Below the pieces are notes generated by a model, which was not told the origin of the DNA, made no database searches, and worked only from the letters and a program-made list of their open reading frames with translations. A stretch of 32,000 nucleotides of DNA from Polynucleobacter necessarius (lineage in GTDB: Bacteria > Pseudomonadota > Gammaproteobacteria > Burkholderiales > Burkholderiaceae), in NCBI RefSeq assembly GCF_900095195.1, contig NZ_LT606950.1, positions 697,207 to 729,206 on the forward strand. The letters run 5' to 3'. The translations under genes were made by a program, and so were the position numbers. Positions 18,325 through 27,812 of this stretch are shown here, piece by piece. Each line of letters starts with the position of its first letter. Positions within the stretch are counted from its first letter, which is position 1.

Positions 18325-21300
18325 TGCCTAAGCGTAGCGATATCAAGAGCATCCTCATTATTGGCGCTGGTCCGATTGTCATCGGTCAAGCATGCGAATT
18401 CGATTACTCGGGAGCGCAGGCCTGTAAAGCATTGCGCGATGAAGGTTACAAAGTCATCTTGGTGAACAGTAACCCAGCGACCATCATGACCGATCCCGAG
18501 ATGGCCGATGTGACCTACATTGAGCCAATTACCTGGGAAGTCGTAGAGCGCATTATTGCAACGGAAAAGCCGGATGCGATTTTGCCGACGATGGGTGGTC
18601 AAACAGCTTTGAACTGTGCGTTGGATTTGCATCGTCACGGTGTATTGCAAAAGTATGGTTGTGAACTGATCGGCGCTTCCCCTGAGGCCATTGATAAGGC
18701 TGAAGATCGTCAAAAGTTTAAGGACGCCATGACCAAAATTGGTTTGGGCTCTGCAAAATCCGGTATTGCCCACTCCATGGAAGAAGCCCATGAAGTACAG
18801 CAACGCATTCAACGAGAAACCGGTAGCTCCGGTTTCCCTGTGGTGATACGTCCTTCCTTCACAATGGGTGGTTCTGGTGGTGGTATCGCCTATAACCGTG
18901 AAGAATTCGAAGAGATTTGTAAACGCGGTCTTGATTTATCTCCAACGCACGAACTCTTAATTGAAGAGTCTTTGCTGGGCTGGAGAGAGTTTGAGATGGA
19001 GGTGGTGCGTGATTGCAACGACAATTGCATCATCGTCTGCTCCATTGAAAATTTAGATCCGATGGGTGTGCACACAGGCGACTCGATTACCGTTGCGCCC
19101 GCACAAACTCTGACCGATAAAGAATATCAATTGATGCGGAATGCATCGATTGCAGTCCTGCGTGAAATTGGTGTGGATACTGGCGGCTCAAACGTACAGT
19201 TCTCGATCAACCCGGTTGACGGTCGCATGATTGTGATCGAGATGAATCCTCGGGTATCGCGCTCATCCGCACTAGCATCCAAGGCAACCGGCTTTCCAAT
19301 CGCCAAAATTGCAGCGAAGTTAGCGGTGGGCTATACACTCGATGAGTTAAAGAATGACATCACTGGCGGAGCGACTCCTGCATCCTTTGAGCCATCGATT
19401 GACTATGTTGTCACCAAGATTCCGCGCTTTGCATTTGAAAAATTCCCGCAAGCCGACTCACGCTTAACGACACAGATGAAATCGGTGGGCGAAGTCATGG
19501 CTATTGGCCGCACTTTCCAAGAGTCTTTTCAAAAAGCATTACGCGGCCTTGAGGTTGGTGTTGATGGCTTGGATGAAGTTTCTACTGATCTTGATGACAT
19601 CATTAATGAAATAAATGAGCCCGGTCCAGATCGCATTTGGTATCTAGCCGATGCATTCCGCATGGGTATGGGTCTTGATGAGATCTATAGCGAAACAAAG
19701 GTGGATCCTTGGTTCCTCGAACAAATTGAAGAACTGATTACGATTGAGAATGAACTCAAGCAACGCAAGATTGACAGCTTATCCGCCGCTGAACTGCGTT
19801 TTGTGAAGCAAAACGGGTTCTCAGATCGTCGTTTGGCAAAATTGCTTGGTGTCGATGCTTTCTCAGTACGCGCAGCCCGTCATCGTTTAAAGGTGTTGCC
19901 TGTCTACAAACGGGTCGATACCTGCGCAGCAGAGTTCGCCACCAACACTGCCTACATGTATTCCACATATGAAACAGAGCATGGTGAGTGCGAATCGCGT
20001 CCAACGACAAAAGACAAAATTATGGTCTTGGGCGGTGGTCCAAACCGCATTGGTCAAGGTATTGAGTTTGATTACTGCTGCGTTCATGCCGCTTTAGCAA
20101 TGCGTGATGATGGTTACGAAACCATCATGGTCAATTGCAATCCTGAAACCGTTTCCACTGACTACGATACGTCTGATCGTTTGTACTTTGAGCCTTTAAC
20201 GCTGGAAGATGTTTTGGAGATTGTGGCAAAAGAGAAGCCAAAAGGTGTCATCGTTCAGTACGGTGGTCAAACGCCTCTGAAATTGGCTTTGGATCTTGAG
20301 CGCAACGGTGTGCCAATCATTGGCACATCACCCGATATGATTGATGCTGCAGAAGATCGCGAGCGCTTCCAAAAACTCTTGCAAGATCTTGGCTTGCGTC
20401 AACCGCCAAATCGGACAGCGCGTACTGAAAAAGAGGCGCTAAAGTTAGCAGAAGAAATTGGCTATCCATTGGTAGTGCGTCCATCGTATGTTTTGGGTGG
20501 TCGCGCTATGGAAATTGTTCACGATGGACGTGATCTTGAGCGTTATATGCGCGAAGCAGTCAAAGTTTCGAATGATTCTCCTGTATTGCTTGATCGTTTC
20601 CTCAATGATGCGATTGAGTGCGATGTCGATTCAATTTGCGATGGTAATAATGTCTTTATTGGTGGCGTCATGGAGCACATCGAACAAGCGGGCGTGCACT
20701 CAGGCGACTCCGCTTGCTCGTTGCCTCCATATTCCTTGTCTGACACTACGGTAGAAGAAATTAAGCACCAAACCGCTGCGATGGCAAAAGGCCTGAACGT
20801 GGTAGGTCTGATGAACGTGCAGTTTGCGATTCAGAACGATGGTGGTAAGGATGTCATCTATGTGCTCGAAGTGAATCCGCGGGCATCCCGCACCGTTCCT
20901 TTTGTCTCCAAGGCTACTGGTTTGCAGTTAGCAAAGATTGCGGCTCGCTGTATGGTTGGGCAAACACTACAGCAGCAAGGCATTACATCCGAAGTGAAGC
21001 CACCATATTTCTCGGTGAAGGAAGCAGTCTTCCCGTTCAATAAATTTCCCGGAATTGACCCCATTCTTGGACCAGAAATGCGCTCAACCGGTGAAGTCAT
21101 GGGTGTTGGAAAAACCTTCGGAGAAGCGCTATTTAAATCTCAGTTGGGTGCTGGTATTAAGTTGCCCAAGAGTGGCACTGTGCTGCTGACGGTAAAAGAT
21201 AGTGACAAACCGAAAGCGGTAGAGGTGGCTAAGCTGTTGGACAAGTTTGGTTTCCCGATGGTCGCTACCAAAGGTACAGCAGCTGCGATTGAGGCCGCTG

Positions 21301-21575
21301 GCCTGCCCGTACGCGTCGTCAATAAGGTCAAAGATGGTCGTCCACATATTGTGGATTTCATCAAAAATGGTGAGATTTCTCTCGTATTTACAACCGTTGA
21401 TGAGACCCGAACTGCCATTGCGGATTCCCGTTCAATCCGCACTAGTGCCCAAGCAAATGGTGTGGCCTACTACACCACAATTAGCGCGGCACGAGCTGTG
21501 ATGGATGGCTTATTAGGCAGTAAAGAGTCTTTAGAGGTATGTTCCTTGCAGAACTTACATCAGGCGCTCAATTAA
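18324..21575 (+). CDS. carB: Carbamoyl-phosphate synthase large subunit
   Basis: 1083 aa with duplicated ATP-grasp halves and an MGS-like C-terminal domain. Its ATG overlaps the carA TAA (TAATG). Confidence 0.97.
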   Translation: MPKRSDIKSILIIGAGPIVIGQACEFDYSGAQACKALRDEGYKVILVNSNPATIMTDPEMADVTYIEPITWEVVERIIATEKPDAILPTMGGQTALNCALDLHRHGVLQKYGCELIGASPEAIDKAEDRQKFKDAMTKIGLGSAKSGIAHSMEEAHEVQQRIQRETGSSGFPVVIRPSFTMGGSGGGIAYNREEFEEICKRGLDLSPTHELLIEESLLGWREFEMEVVRDCNDNCIIVCSIENLDPMGVHTGDSITVAPAQTLTDKEYQLMRNASIAVLREIGVDTGGSNVQFSINPVDGRMIVIEMNPRVSRSSALASKATGFPIAKIAAKLAVGYTLDELKNDITGGATPASFEPSIDYVVTKIPRFAFEKFPQADSRLTTQMKSVGEVMAIGRTFQESFQKALRGLEVGVDGLDEVSTDLDDIINEINEPGPDRIWYLADAFRMGMGLDEIYSETKVDPWFLEQIEELITIENELKQRKIDSLSAAELRFVKQNGFSDRRLAKLLGVDAFSVRAARHRLKVLPVYKRVDTCAAEFATNTAYMYSTYETEHGECESRPTTKDKIMVLGGGPNRIGQGIEFDYCCVHAALAMRDDGYETIMVNCNPETVSTDYDTSDRLYFEPLTLEDVLEIVAKEKPKGVIVQYGGQTPLKLALDLERNGVPIIGTSPDMIDAAEDRERFQKLLQDLGLRQPPNRTARTEKEALKLAEEIGYPLVVRPSYVLGGRAMEIVHDGRDLERYMREAVKVSNDSPVLLDRFLNDAIECDVDSICDGNNVFIGGVMEHIEQAGVHSGDSACSLPPYSLSDTTVEEIKHQTAAMAKGLNVVGLMNVQFAIQNDGGKDVIYVLEVNPRASRTVPFVSKATGLQLAKIAARCMVGQTLQQQGITSEVKPPYFSVKEAVFPFNKFPGIDPILGPEMRSTGEVMGVGKTFGEALFKSQLGAGIKLPKSGTVLLTVKDSDKPKAVEVAKLLDKFGFPMVATKGTAAAIEAAGLPVRVVNKVKDGRPHIVDFIKNGEISLVFTTVDETRTAIADSRSIRTSAQANGVAYYTTISAARAVMDGLLGSKESLEVCSLQNLHQALN

Positions 21576-21630
21576 TCTAAAATTAGAAAGATAGGCGCGC
21601 GTTGCGCTTTTTTTAAGTTAGGTTAGTAGC

Positions 21631-22107
21631 ATGAGCACAATTCCCATTACCAAGCGCGGTGCAGAGCTCCTTAAGGAGGAATTGCACCGCCTAAAACATG
21701 TAGAGCGTCCTGCAGTCATTAATGCGATTGCTGAGGCTCGCGCGCAAGGTGATCTCTCTGAGAACGCTGAGTACGATGCCGCCAAAGAAAAGCAAGGATT
21801 TATCGAAGGGCGCATTCAAGAGCTTGAAGGTAAATTATCCGCAGCTCAGATCATTGACCCTGCCTCCCTGGATGTTTCTGGCCGTGTGGTCTTTGGTGCC
21901 ACGGTGGACCTAGAAGATCTTGAAGATGGCACTAGGTTCACCTATCAAATTGTTGGCGATGATGAAGCAGATATTGCCGCCAATAAAATTTCCATCAGCT
22001 CTCCGATCGCTCGCGCCTTAATCAGTAAAGAAGAGGGTGATGTCGTTGCTGTTCAGGCTCCTGGCGGCAACCGCGAAGTCGAAATTCTGGCAGTGAAATA
22101 CATCTAA
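21631..22107 (+). CDS. greA: Transcription elongation factor GreA
   Basis: 158 aa; [22 protein letters not shown]...[14 protein letters not shown] is a typical GreA N-terminal coiled coil. Confidence 0.95.
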   Translation: MSTIPITKRGAELLKEELHRLKHVERPAVINAIAEARAQGDLSENAEYDAAKEKQGFIEGRIQELEGKLSAAQIIDPASLDVSGRVVFGATVDLEDLEDGTRFTYQIVGDDEADIAANKISISSPIARALISKEEGDVVAVQAPGGNREVEILAVKYI

Positions 22108-22580
22108 TGACCTACATCCGAACCCAGAGAATATTTAGTGCTATCTCTGGGCTTTGGGTGGGCAGCTTCATTGTTGTTGGTTTTCTAGTTGTTCCAACCC
22201 TCTTTTCATCACTTGGTGATCGTCAGGTTGCAGGCATGATTGCGGCCAATCTGTTTAGGTCTACCGTTTACATTGGTGTTGCAGTGAGTGGTTTTCTGAT
22301 GGTGATGGCCAATCATCTCGTCCGCCTTGGTTTGCAGCGTTACCGCCTGATCCGCTGGCTCCTCTTGGGTATGCTAATTTGTACGGTGGGCGCCGCATTC
22401 ATCATCATCCCTTGGATGGATGCCATTCGTGAGCAAGCCTTGTTTGCTGGGATTGCGGTACGTGAGTCGAGTGATGCTGCGCTATTTAGCCGCCTGCATG
22501 GAACCTCAAGCATCCTGTTTGTGTGTCAAGCGCTACTTGGATTGTTTTTGGTGTGGCGTGCTACAAAAAACACCGACTAG
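22107..22580 (+). CDS. DUF4149-type integral membrane protein
   Basis: 157 aa with four hydrophobic segments. The start overlaps the greA stop (TAATG). Family name recalled from the conserved position after greA in Burkholderiales. Confidence 0.7.
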   Translation: MTYIRTQRIFSAISGLWVGSFIVVGFLVVPTLFSSLGDRQVAGMIAANLFRSTVYIGVAVSGFLMVMANHLVRLGLQRYRLIRWLLLGMLICTVGAAFIIIPWMDAIREQALFAGIAVRESSDAALFSRLHGTSSILFVCQALLGLFLVWRATKNTD

Positions 22581-22596
22581 CGGCGATGGATCATGA

Positions 22597-23169
22597 TTAA
22601 GATCCAAGCAATTTCTTCTTAGTGCTACTCATGCGTACCTTGCGCTTCTTAATGGGTGCTGGAGCAGCAACCGCCTTGCGGTAGCCAGGTGACGACCATC
22701 CAATTTTGGATTCCACAGCCTCAGAGCGCAGTGGACGCTTTTTGGGTTTAGCGGCTTTCACTGCGGCAGCCCGTTCAAAAGCAGATCTTCCTGAGGATGC
22801 TCGACCAGTGACTTGTTTCGTTTGAGCGGCTTGCAATGACTTCTTCGTTTGCTTGCTTGATCTATCGAGATTGCTATAGGCCTCCTCGACAACATCTTTG
22901 GGTTTCCAGAGCACTAGTAATTTGCCAATGTGCTGTACAGAAGCGGCATCCAATTTGTCGCATAACTCTTCATACATAGCAATGCGCGCTTCGCGATCAT
23001 CGCCAAAAACCCGCACTTTAATCAAGCCGTGATGGTTGATTGCCGACTTTGCCTCTTTAATAACTGCTGGGGTTAAACCATCCCCGCCGATCATGACTAC
23101 GGGGTTTAATCCGTGTGCATCGGCTTTGAGGAGTTTGCGTTGTGCGGGTGTAATAGTGAGTGCTGTCAT
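22597..23169 (-). CDS. yhbY: CRM-domain RNA-binding protein YhbY with a roughly 95-aa Lys/Ala-rich basic C-terminal tail
   Basis: MTALTITPAQRKLLKADAHGLNPVVMIGGDGLTPAVIKEAKSAINHHGLIKVRVFGDDREARIAMYEELCDKLDAASVQHIGKLLVLWKP matches YhbY. Start taken at ATG 23169 inside the longer listed ORF 22597..23463. Confidence 0.85.
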   Translation of the reverse strand: MTALTITPAQRKLLKADAHGLNPVVMIGGDGLTPAVIKEAKSAINHHGLIKVRVFGDDREARIAMYEELCDKLDAASVQHIGKLLVLWKPKDVVEEAYSNLDRSSKQTKKSLQAAQTKQVTGRASSGRSAFERAAAVKAAKPKKRPLRSEAVESKIGWSSPGYRKAVAAPAPIKKRKVRMSSTKKKLLGS

Positions 23170-23211
23170 GGGCTTGATGATAGAGCATTGATGGACTGGA
23201 TTGCGAATCGA

Positions 23212-23934
23212 GGAGGTATATAAAATATAGGAAGGATGCGTTGCATCTACCCACTCAACAGGTACAAGATTATTGAGATGCTCTTGTCTCTCTGTCTCGC
23301 AATCCAAGTCCCTGCCTGCAACGGTGGTGAATTCGGATAAACCGCGATTTACGATCAAGACTTTTTCAGGCTTGTAAGTTGCCAAGGAAATCGCTTCATC
23401 CAGCAAAGGCTTGTATGGGACGGCCTTGCCGCCACGCATGCCCGCCTCAGCAGTAACTACCATTTTCGGTTGCGCATCATCAATACGCGTTGTAGGCTAT
23501 GGGAAGCAAAGCCACCAAACACCACAGAGTGAATGGCACCGATCCGCGCGCATGCGCGCATTGCAAAACAGGCCTCTGCAATCATGGGCATGTAGATTAG
23601 AACGCGATCGCCCTTCTTAATGCCGTTTGCCTTATAGATTGCTGCCATACGATTGACTTCTTCGTATAACTCTTTAAAGGTAAAAGCTTTTTCTTGGTTG
23701 GTTTCGGTTGAAACCGCAACAAGCGCGGGTTGATCGGGATTTGCTTTGTAATGACGATCAACAGCGTTGTAGCAAAGATTAGTTAAGCCACCCTCAAACC
23801 ATTTCGCGAATGGGGAGGTTGTCGTAATTTAAAACTTTATCGAATGGTTTTTCCCAGTGAATTAACTTTGCCTGCTCGCCCCAAAATCCGTCGGGGTCTT
23901 TAATTGAGCGTTCGTGATGTGCTTTATAGGACAT
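23212..23934 (-). pseudogene. prpE: Propionate-CoA ligase, 5' portion (241 codons, two frameshifts)
   Basis: MSYKAHHERSIKDPDGFWGEQAKLIHWEKPFDKVLNYDNLP, then PFAKWFEGGLTNLCYNAVDRH...VLIYMPMIAEACFAMRACARIGAIHSVVFGGFASHSL, then TRIDDAQPKMVVTAEAGMRGGKAVPYKPLL...HPSYILYTS. Frame breaks lie at the G4 run 23812..23815 (C run on the coding strand) and at about 23497. Confidence 0.88.
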
Positions 23935-23961
23935 GGTCAACCCAATATAAAAAGTGTTGAA

Positions 23962-25398
23962 TTACGGGTTTTTGCTCGCTCCCTTTGCCGCAGTACTGCC
24001 GCTAGAGGACGCTGAATTGCCATTTTTCGCAGATTTTGCAAGCCCTGTCGATGCGGATTTGTGCTGAGATGCAGCATTCTTTTGGGTGAGATTACCCTTG
24101 GGTGAAGCAGCAACTCCACTCGGAGTGGGTTTTGTGGGTCCACATTTTGCAGCCTTGGCATTTTTAGACCCTTTAGCGGGCTTAGGGCACTTTGGCGCTG
24201 GTGGGGGCGGTTTTTCCAAACTGAGGCTGGCGTTATCCGCCATTGCCGAAGACACATCACCCGATCGATTGCTACTTTTGGGGATGATGACCGTCGATCC
24301 AACCTTAATTCGCATTCCCTTGGGGATGCCGTTTACCTGTCGTAAAGCATCAGGATCAACGCCCAACGTTTTCGCAGCTTGATCCACGCTCTCGGTTTTG
24401 CTGACTTTTACAGCTGTCCATGTGGAAAGTGGCTTGGTGTACTTCTTTAAATTGGCCTGGAAAACTTCAGCATGCCCAAAGGGCAACAAAATTTGTTGAT
24501 TGGCATTACTTAATATGACGGGCTTATTAAATGAGGGATTGAGGCTGTGAAACTCATCTTCCGGAATTTCTGCTAATTTAATGACTAGAGCGACATCAAT
24601 ATCACTACCCACATCCACAGCTACAAAGTACGGATGATTTTCTAGTTCCGGCAGTACGATGCCATAGGCACTGGGATCTAATACGATGGCTCGATATGCC
24701 ATCAACTTCGGAACGTACATGCGCGTTTCACGCGGCATGGTCAGGCTCTCATAGTCAGTCGGCAATCCCGCTGCTAAGTTGCGCTTTTGAGCTTTCAGCA
24801 CATTACCGGCGCCCCAATTATAGGCCGCTAGAGCCAGCTCCCAGCTACCAAATTGGTTGTGTAAGCGTTGTAAATAATCCAAGGCCGCATCCGTAGATTG
24901 CAATACATCTCTGCGTTCATCGCGAAAGACGTTTTGGGTTAGTTGAAAGTCTTTTCCGGTTGCGGGCATGAATTGCCAAAGACCCACTGCTTTAGCGCTG
25001 GACTTTGCGTGCGTCACAAATGCGCTCTCAACAAATGGAAGTAAGGCAATCTCAGTAGGCATATTGCGCGCACTTACTTCTTGCACTATGCAAAACAAAT
25101 AGCGCGATGAACGCGCCATGGAACGATGCACATAGTCCGGCCTTGTGGCCAACCAGCGCACTTGCTCAATCTCTAGGGGTGAATTCATGGGCTCCATCTG
25201 AAACCCATCTCGAATGCGTATCCACAGATTATCGGAGGGCGCATAAATTTTGCTAACCGATTGGTTCTGCAAATTGACTCGGGTAGCCTTGGATGGTCTT
25301 GACCCAGGCTTCGTAGGTGTGTCCGAGGACCAATCCCCAGTACTTGCACAACCCGAGAAAAAAGCGGCAACCAAAATTGCCGCACATATCAAGCGCAT
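23962..25398 (-). CDS. mltD: Membrane-bound lytic murein transglycosylase D-like lipoprotein (SLT domain plus one LysM, low-complexity tail)
   Basis: Start at MRLICAAILVAAFFSGCAS (lipobox). SLT catalytic region LLPFVESAF...GLWQFMPATG...AAYNWGAGNV. LysM WTAVKVSKTESVDQAAKTLGVDPDALRQVNGIP. Its ATG overlaps the gloB stop (TAATG). Confidence 0.85.
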   Translation of the reverse strand: MRLICAAILVAAFFSGCASTGDWSSDTPTKPGSRPSKATRVNLQNQSVSKIYAPSDNLWIRIRDGFQMEPMNSPLEIEQVRWLATRPDYVHRSMARSSRYLFCIVQEVSARNMPTEIALLPFVESAFVTHAKSSAKAVGLWQFMPATGKDFQLTQNVFRDERRDVLQSTDAALDYLQRLHNQFGSWELALAAYNWGAGNVLKAQKRNLAAGLPTDYESLTMPRETRMYVPKLMAYRAIVLDPSAYGIVLPELENHPYFVAVDVGSDIDVALVIKLAEIPEDEFHSLNPSFNKPVILSNANQQILLPFGHAEVFQANLKKYTKPLSTWTAVKVSKTESVDQAAKTLGVDPDALRQVNGIPKGMRIKVGSTVIIPKSSNRSGDVSSAMADNASLSLEKPPPPAPKCPKPAKGSKNAKAAKCGPTKPTPSGVAASPKGNLTQKNAASQHKSASTGLAKSAKNGNSASSSGSTAAKGASKNP

Positions 25399-26190
25399 TA
25401 GAGCCGATCTTTCCAGGCGCGAATGACAGCCAGGACATGAGCGGGGCTGGGCAACTCCTCTTGTCCGGAAACCTCTTTTGCCGAAGCAATGACTTCGGTC
25501 TGATGACAACGCATAAAAGGGTTCACTTGAAGTTCTTGACCAATCGTCGTTGGTAAGGTACGCAGCCCCTTTTGGCGTAATTCATGAGCGCGCTCAGACC
25601 ATGAGAGTAGGTTCTGGTTATTTGGCTCTACTGCTAACGCAAAACGTGTATTGGATAAGGTGTACTCATGAGTGCAGTAGACCAAGGTATTTTTAGGAAG
25701 TGCGGCAAACTTTGCCAGTGACTGACTCATTTGAGATGGCGTGCCCTCAAATAATCGGCCGCAACCGGATGCAAACAGAGTGTCACCACAAAACAGCATC
25801 GGTTCAAGCACATTGGCTTGCATGTTTGCAAAGTAAGCAATATGACTCAGGGTATGCCCAGGAACTTCGTAGACGCTCAAGCTAATTCGTGGAGTGGCAA
25901 TCTCCAGTTTGTCACCCTCTTTCGCAATTTGTGTGCGACCTGGAATATTGTCGCCTGTAGGCCAATAGACCGGAATCGTTGCGCACAACGCATTGAGCAA
26001 CTTCAGAATACCGCCAGTATGACCAGCATGGTGATGGGTAATTAAAATCGCCGTTAATTTGAGATTTGCTTGGCTTAAGGTATTCCAATCCAGGGGCTGC
26101 ATCCCCTGGATCAACCACCAAGGCAGATTTTCCATCATGGATACACCAGATGTAGTTGTCATCAAAGGCCGGAATCGGCCAAACTTGCAA
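25398..26190 (-). pseudogene. gloB: Hydroxyacylglutathione hydrolase (glyoxalase II), frameshifted and with a metal-ligand substitution
   Basis: [39 protein letters not shown] (from 26190) and [21 protein letters not shown]... lie in different frames, with the break at about 26072..26084. The HxHxDH motif reads HHHAGH (GGT where GAT is expected). Confidence 0.8.
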
Positions 26191-26218
26191 TAAATAAAGT
26201 ATTCTTATCCATAGCGCG

Positions 26219-27037
26219 ATGATACCAACCTCACCTATTCCCTCGCAGCCCTCTGCACCCCCCTGGAGCTCCTGGGAGAAATGGCTTCAATCCCCGCCTG
26301 GACGCTATGTTTTGCGCTGGGAACAACGCTGTTTTGATCAAATTGTGGGAGATGTCTTTGGCTTTCATGCTATGCAAATTGGCCTTCCCCAAATGAATGC
26401 CTTGAGCAAAAACCGCATGCCATTACATGCGCTACTCTTGCACACAAACGACAATCGTGAATATGCCAACCGATTTCAATGGCATTTGATCGATGGATGC
26501 TCCTCTGAACTTCCATTCGCTAATGAAAGTATTGATCTAGTAGCGCTGCCTCACGTTCTAGAGTTTGCTGCAGATCCCCATCAAATTCTGCGCGAGGTCG
26601 ATCGCGTCTTACGTCCTGAGGGACGGCTAGTTATTTCAGGATTCAATCCCGCAAGCTTGTGGGGGGCGCGCCAATATCTAAGTCGCTTAATTGGCACCCC
26701 TTACCTTCCGCGCGATGGCCAATTTATTAGCTTGATACGCGTGAAAGACTGGTTACAACTACTTAATTACTCCTTGGATCGGGGGCATTTTGGTTGTTAT
26801 AAATTCCCGCTCCATGGGGGGGCAGCCATGAACCGCATGGACTTTCTGGAGCCCATGGGCAATCGTTGGTGGCCGATCTTTGGGGCAGTCTTTCTGGTTT
26901 CTGCCATCAAGCGCCACAAGGGCATGCGACTTATTGGCAAAGTGCAATCGGTTCGCATGCCGACTATCACACAGCTGAGTCCTGCCGCGGAGCGAAACAC
27001 CTTGCGAGATATCCTGAACAATTCTCAGAAGCAGTAA
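26219..27037 (+). CDS. Class I SAM-dependent methyltransferase, YafS-like
   Basis: 272 aa, uninterrupted. It lies divergent from gloB and next to rnhA, the same neighbourhood as E. coli yafS. The [13 protein letters not shown] and [14 protein letters not shown] motifs fit methyltransferase type 11. Confidence 0.75.
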   Translation: MIPTSPIPSQPSAPPWSSWEKWLQSPPGRYVLRWEQRCFDQIVGDVFGFHAMQIGLPQMNALSKNRMPLHALLLHTNDNREYANRFQWHLIDGCSSELPFANESIDLVALPHVLEFAADPHQILREVDRVLRPEGRLVISGFNPASLWGARQYLSRLIGTPYLPRDGQFISLIRVKDWLQLLNYSLDRGHFGCYKFPLHGGAAMNRMDFLEPMGNRWWPIFGAVFLVSAIKRHKGMRLIGKVQSVRMPTITQLSPAAERNTLRDILNNSQKQ

Positions 27038-27046
27038 ATTACAGTG

Positions 27047-27508
27047 ATGCCTGAACATACTACTGTCACCCCTCCCCATATCGTTATCTATACCGATGGC
27101 GCATGCAAGGGCAATCCTGGTCCCGGCGGATGGGGTGCTGTTCTACGTTCTGGTGATCATGAAAAGCAAATTCATGGAGGCGAAAAGCTCACCACGAACA
27201 ATCGCATGGAAATTAGCGCTGTGATCTTTGCTCTTCGAGCCCTAAAGCAGCCCAGTTCAGTGGAGATCTGGACTGACTCTCAATATGTCCAAAAAGGCGT
27301 CACCGAATGGCTCGAGGGGTGGAAAAAACAGGGCTGGCGAACAGCCAGCAAAGATCCCGTGAAAAATGCTGATTTATGGCAAGAATTGGACGCCCTGCTC
27401 CCAAATCATGAGATCTCATGGCACTGGGTTCGAGGCCATAACGGCCATCCCGGTAATGAATTAGTCGACCAACTGGCAAATAAGGGCGTGGAAAGGTTTT
27501 TGGCCTAA
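27047..27508 (+). CDS. rnhA: Ribonuclease HI
   Basis: [33 protein letters not shown] and GNELVDQLA supply the D-E-D-D catalytic residues. ATG at 27047 (the listed ORF begins at GTG 27044). Confidence 0.93.
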   Translation: MPEHTTVTPPHIVIYTDGACKGNPGPGGWGAVLRSGDHEKQIHGGEKLTTNNRMEISAVIFALRALKQPSSVEIWTDSQYVQKGVTEWLEGWKKQGWRTASKDPVKNADLWQELDALLPNHEISWHWVRGHNGHPGNELVDQLANKGVERFLA

Positions 27509-27812
27509 ATTTCCCTCCCCTAAAAAGGAGGTCACCAACCCCATTTTTGGGTCGCTTGTGAGAGCATGGGCATGCTCTACGGGGCTTGAAACCGCAATTA
27601 CACTATAAAAAATTTAGAAAACGAGACTGTGTCAAAAATCGAATCGTCACTTGATCAACTTGTCAGCAAGTTCGGCCAACTGAAAAATGTTGGTAAATCC
27701 CGTTTGTGTGCGCTGTGGCAAAAAGCGTCTCCCCATACTAGCAAGTTAAAACAACTGAATTGGGCAAGCAGTAAAACTCTGATCATTCAATTTAAGTGGC
27801 GCATCTTATTTA

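Noticed and set aside
18264-18812. 182-aa minus-strand ORF antisense to carA/carB (and similar antisense ORFs inside ftsH, carB, glmM, mltD)
   Set aside because: These ORFs lie fully inside strongly supported genes on the other strand. Their Cys/Arg/His-rich composition is odd, and they carry no motifs. They are typical shadow ORFs.
23962-24250. Lys/Ala/Ser/Pro-rich ~90-aa C-terminal tail of MltD as a possible novel domain
   Set aside because: The low-complexity composition, with no repeat periodicity or motif that I could find, is most simply a disordered linker or degenerated LysM repeats. The sequence alone does not support a stronger claim.
27510-27580. Hairpins after rnhA (cctcc...ggagg; agagcat-gggc-atgctct) as a terminator or small RNA
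   Set aside because: The stems are short and lack a following U-tract. Neither conservation nor expression can be judged from sequence alone.
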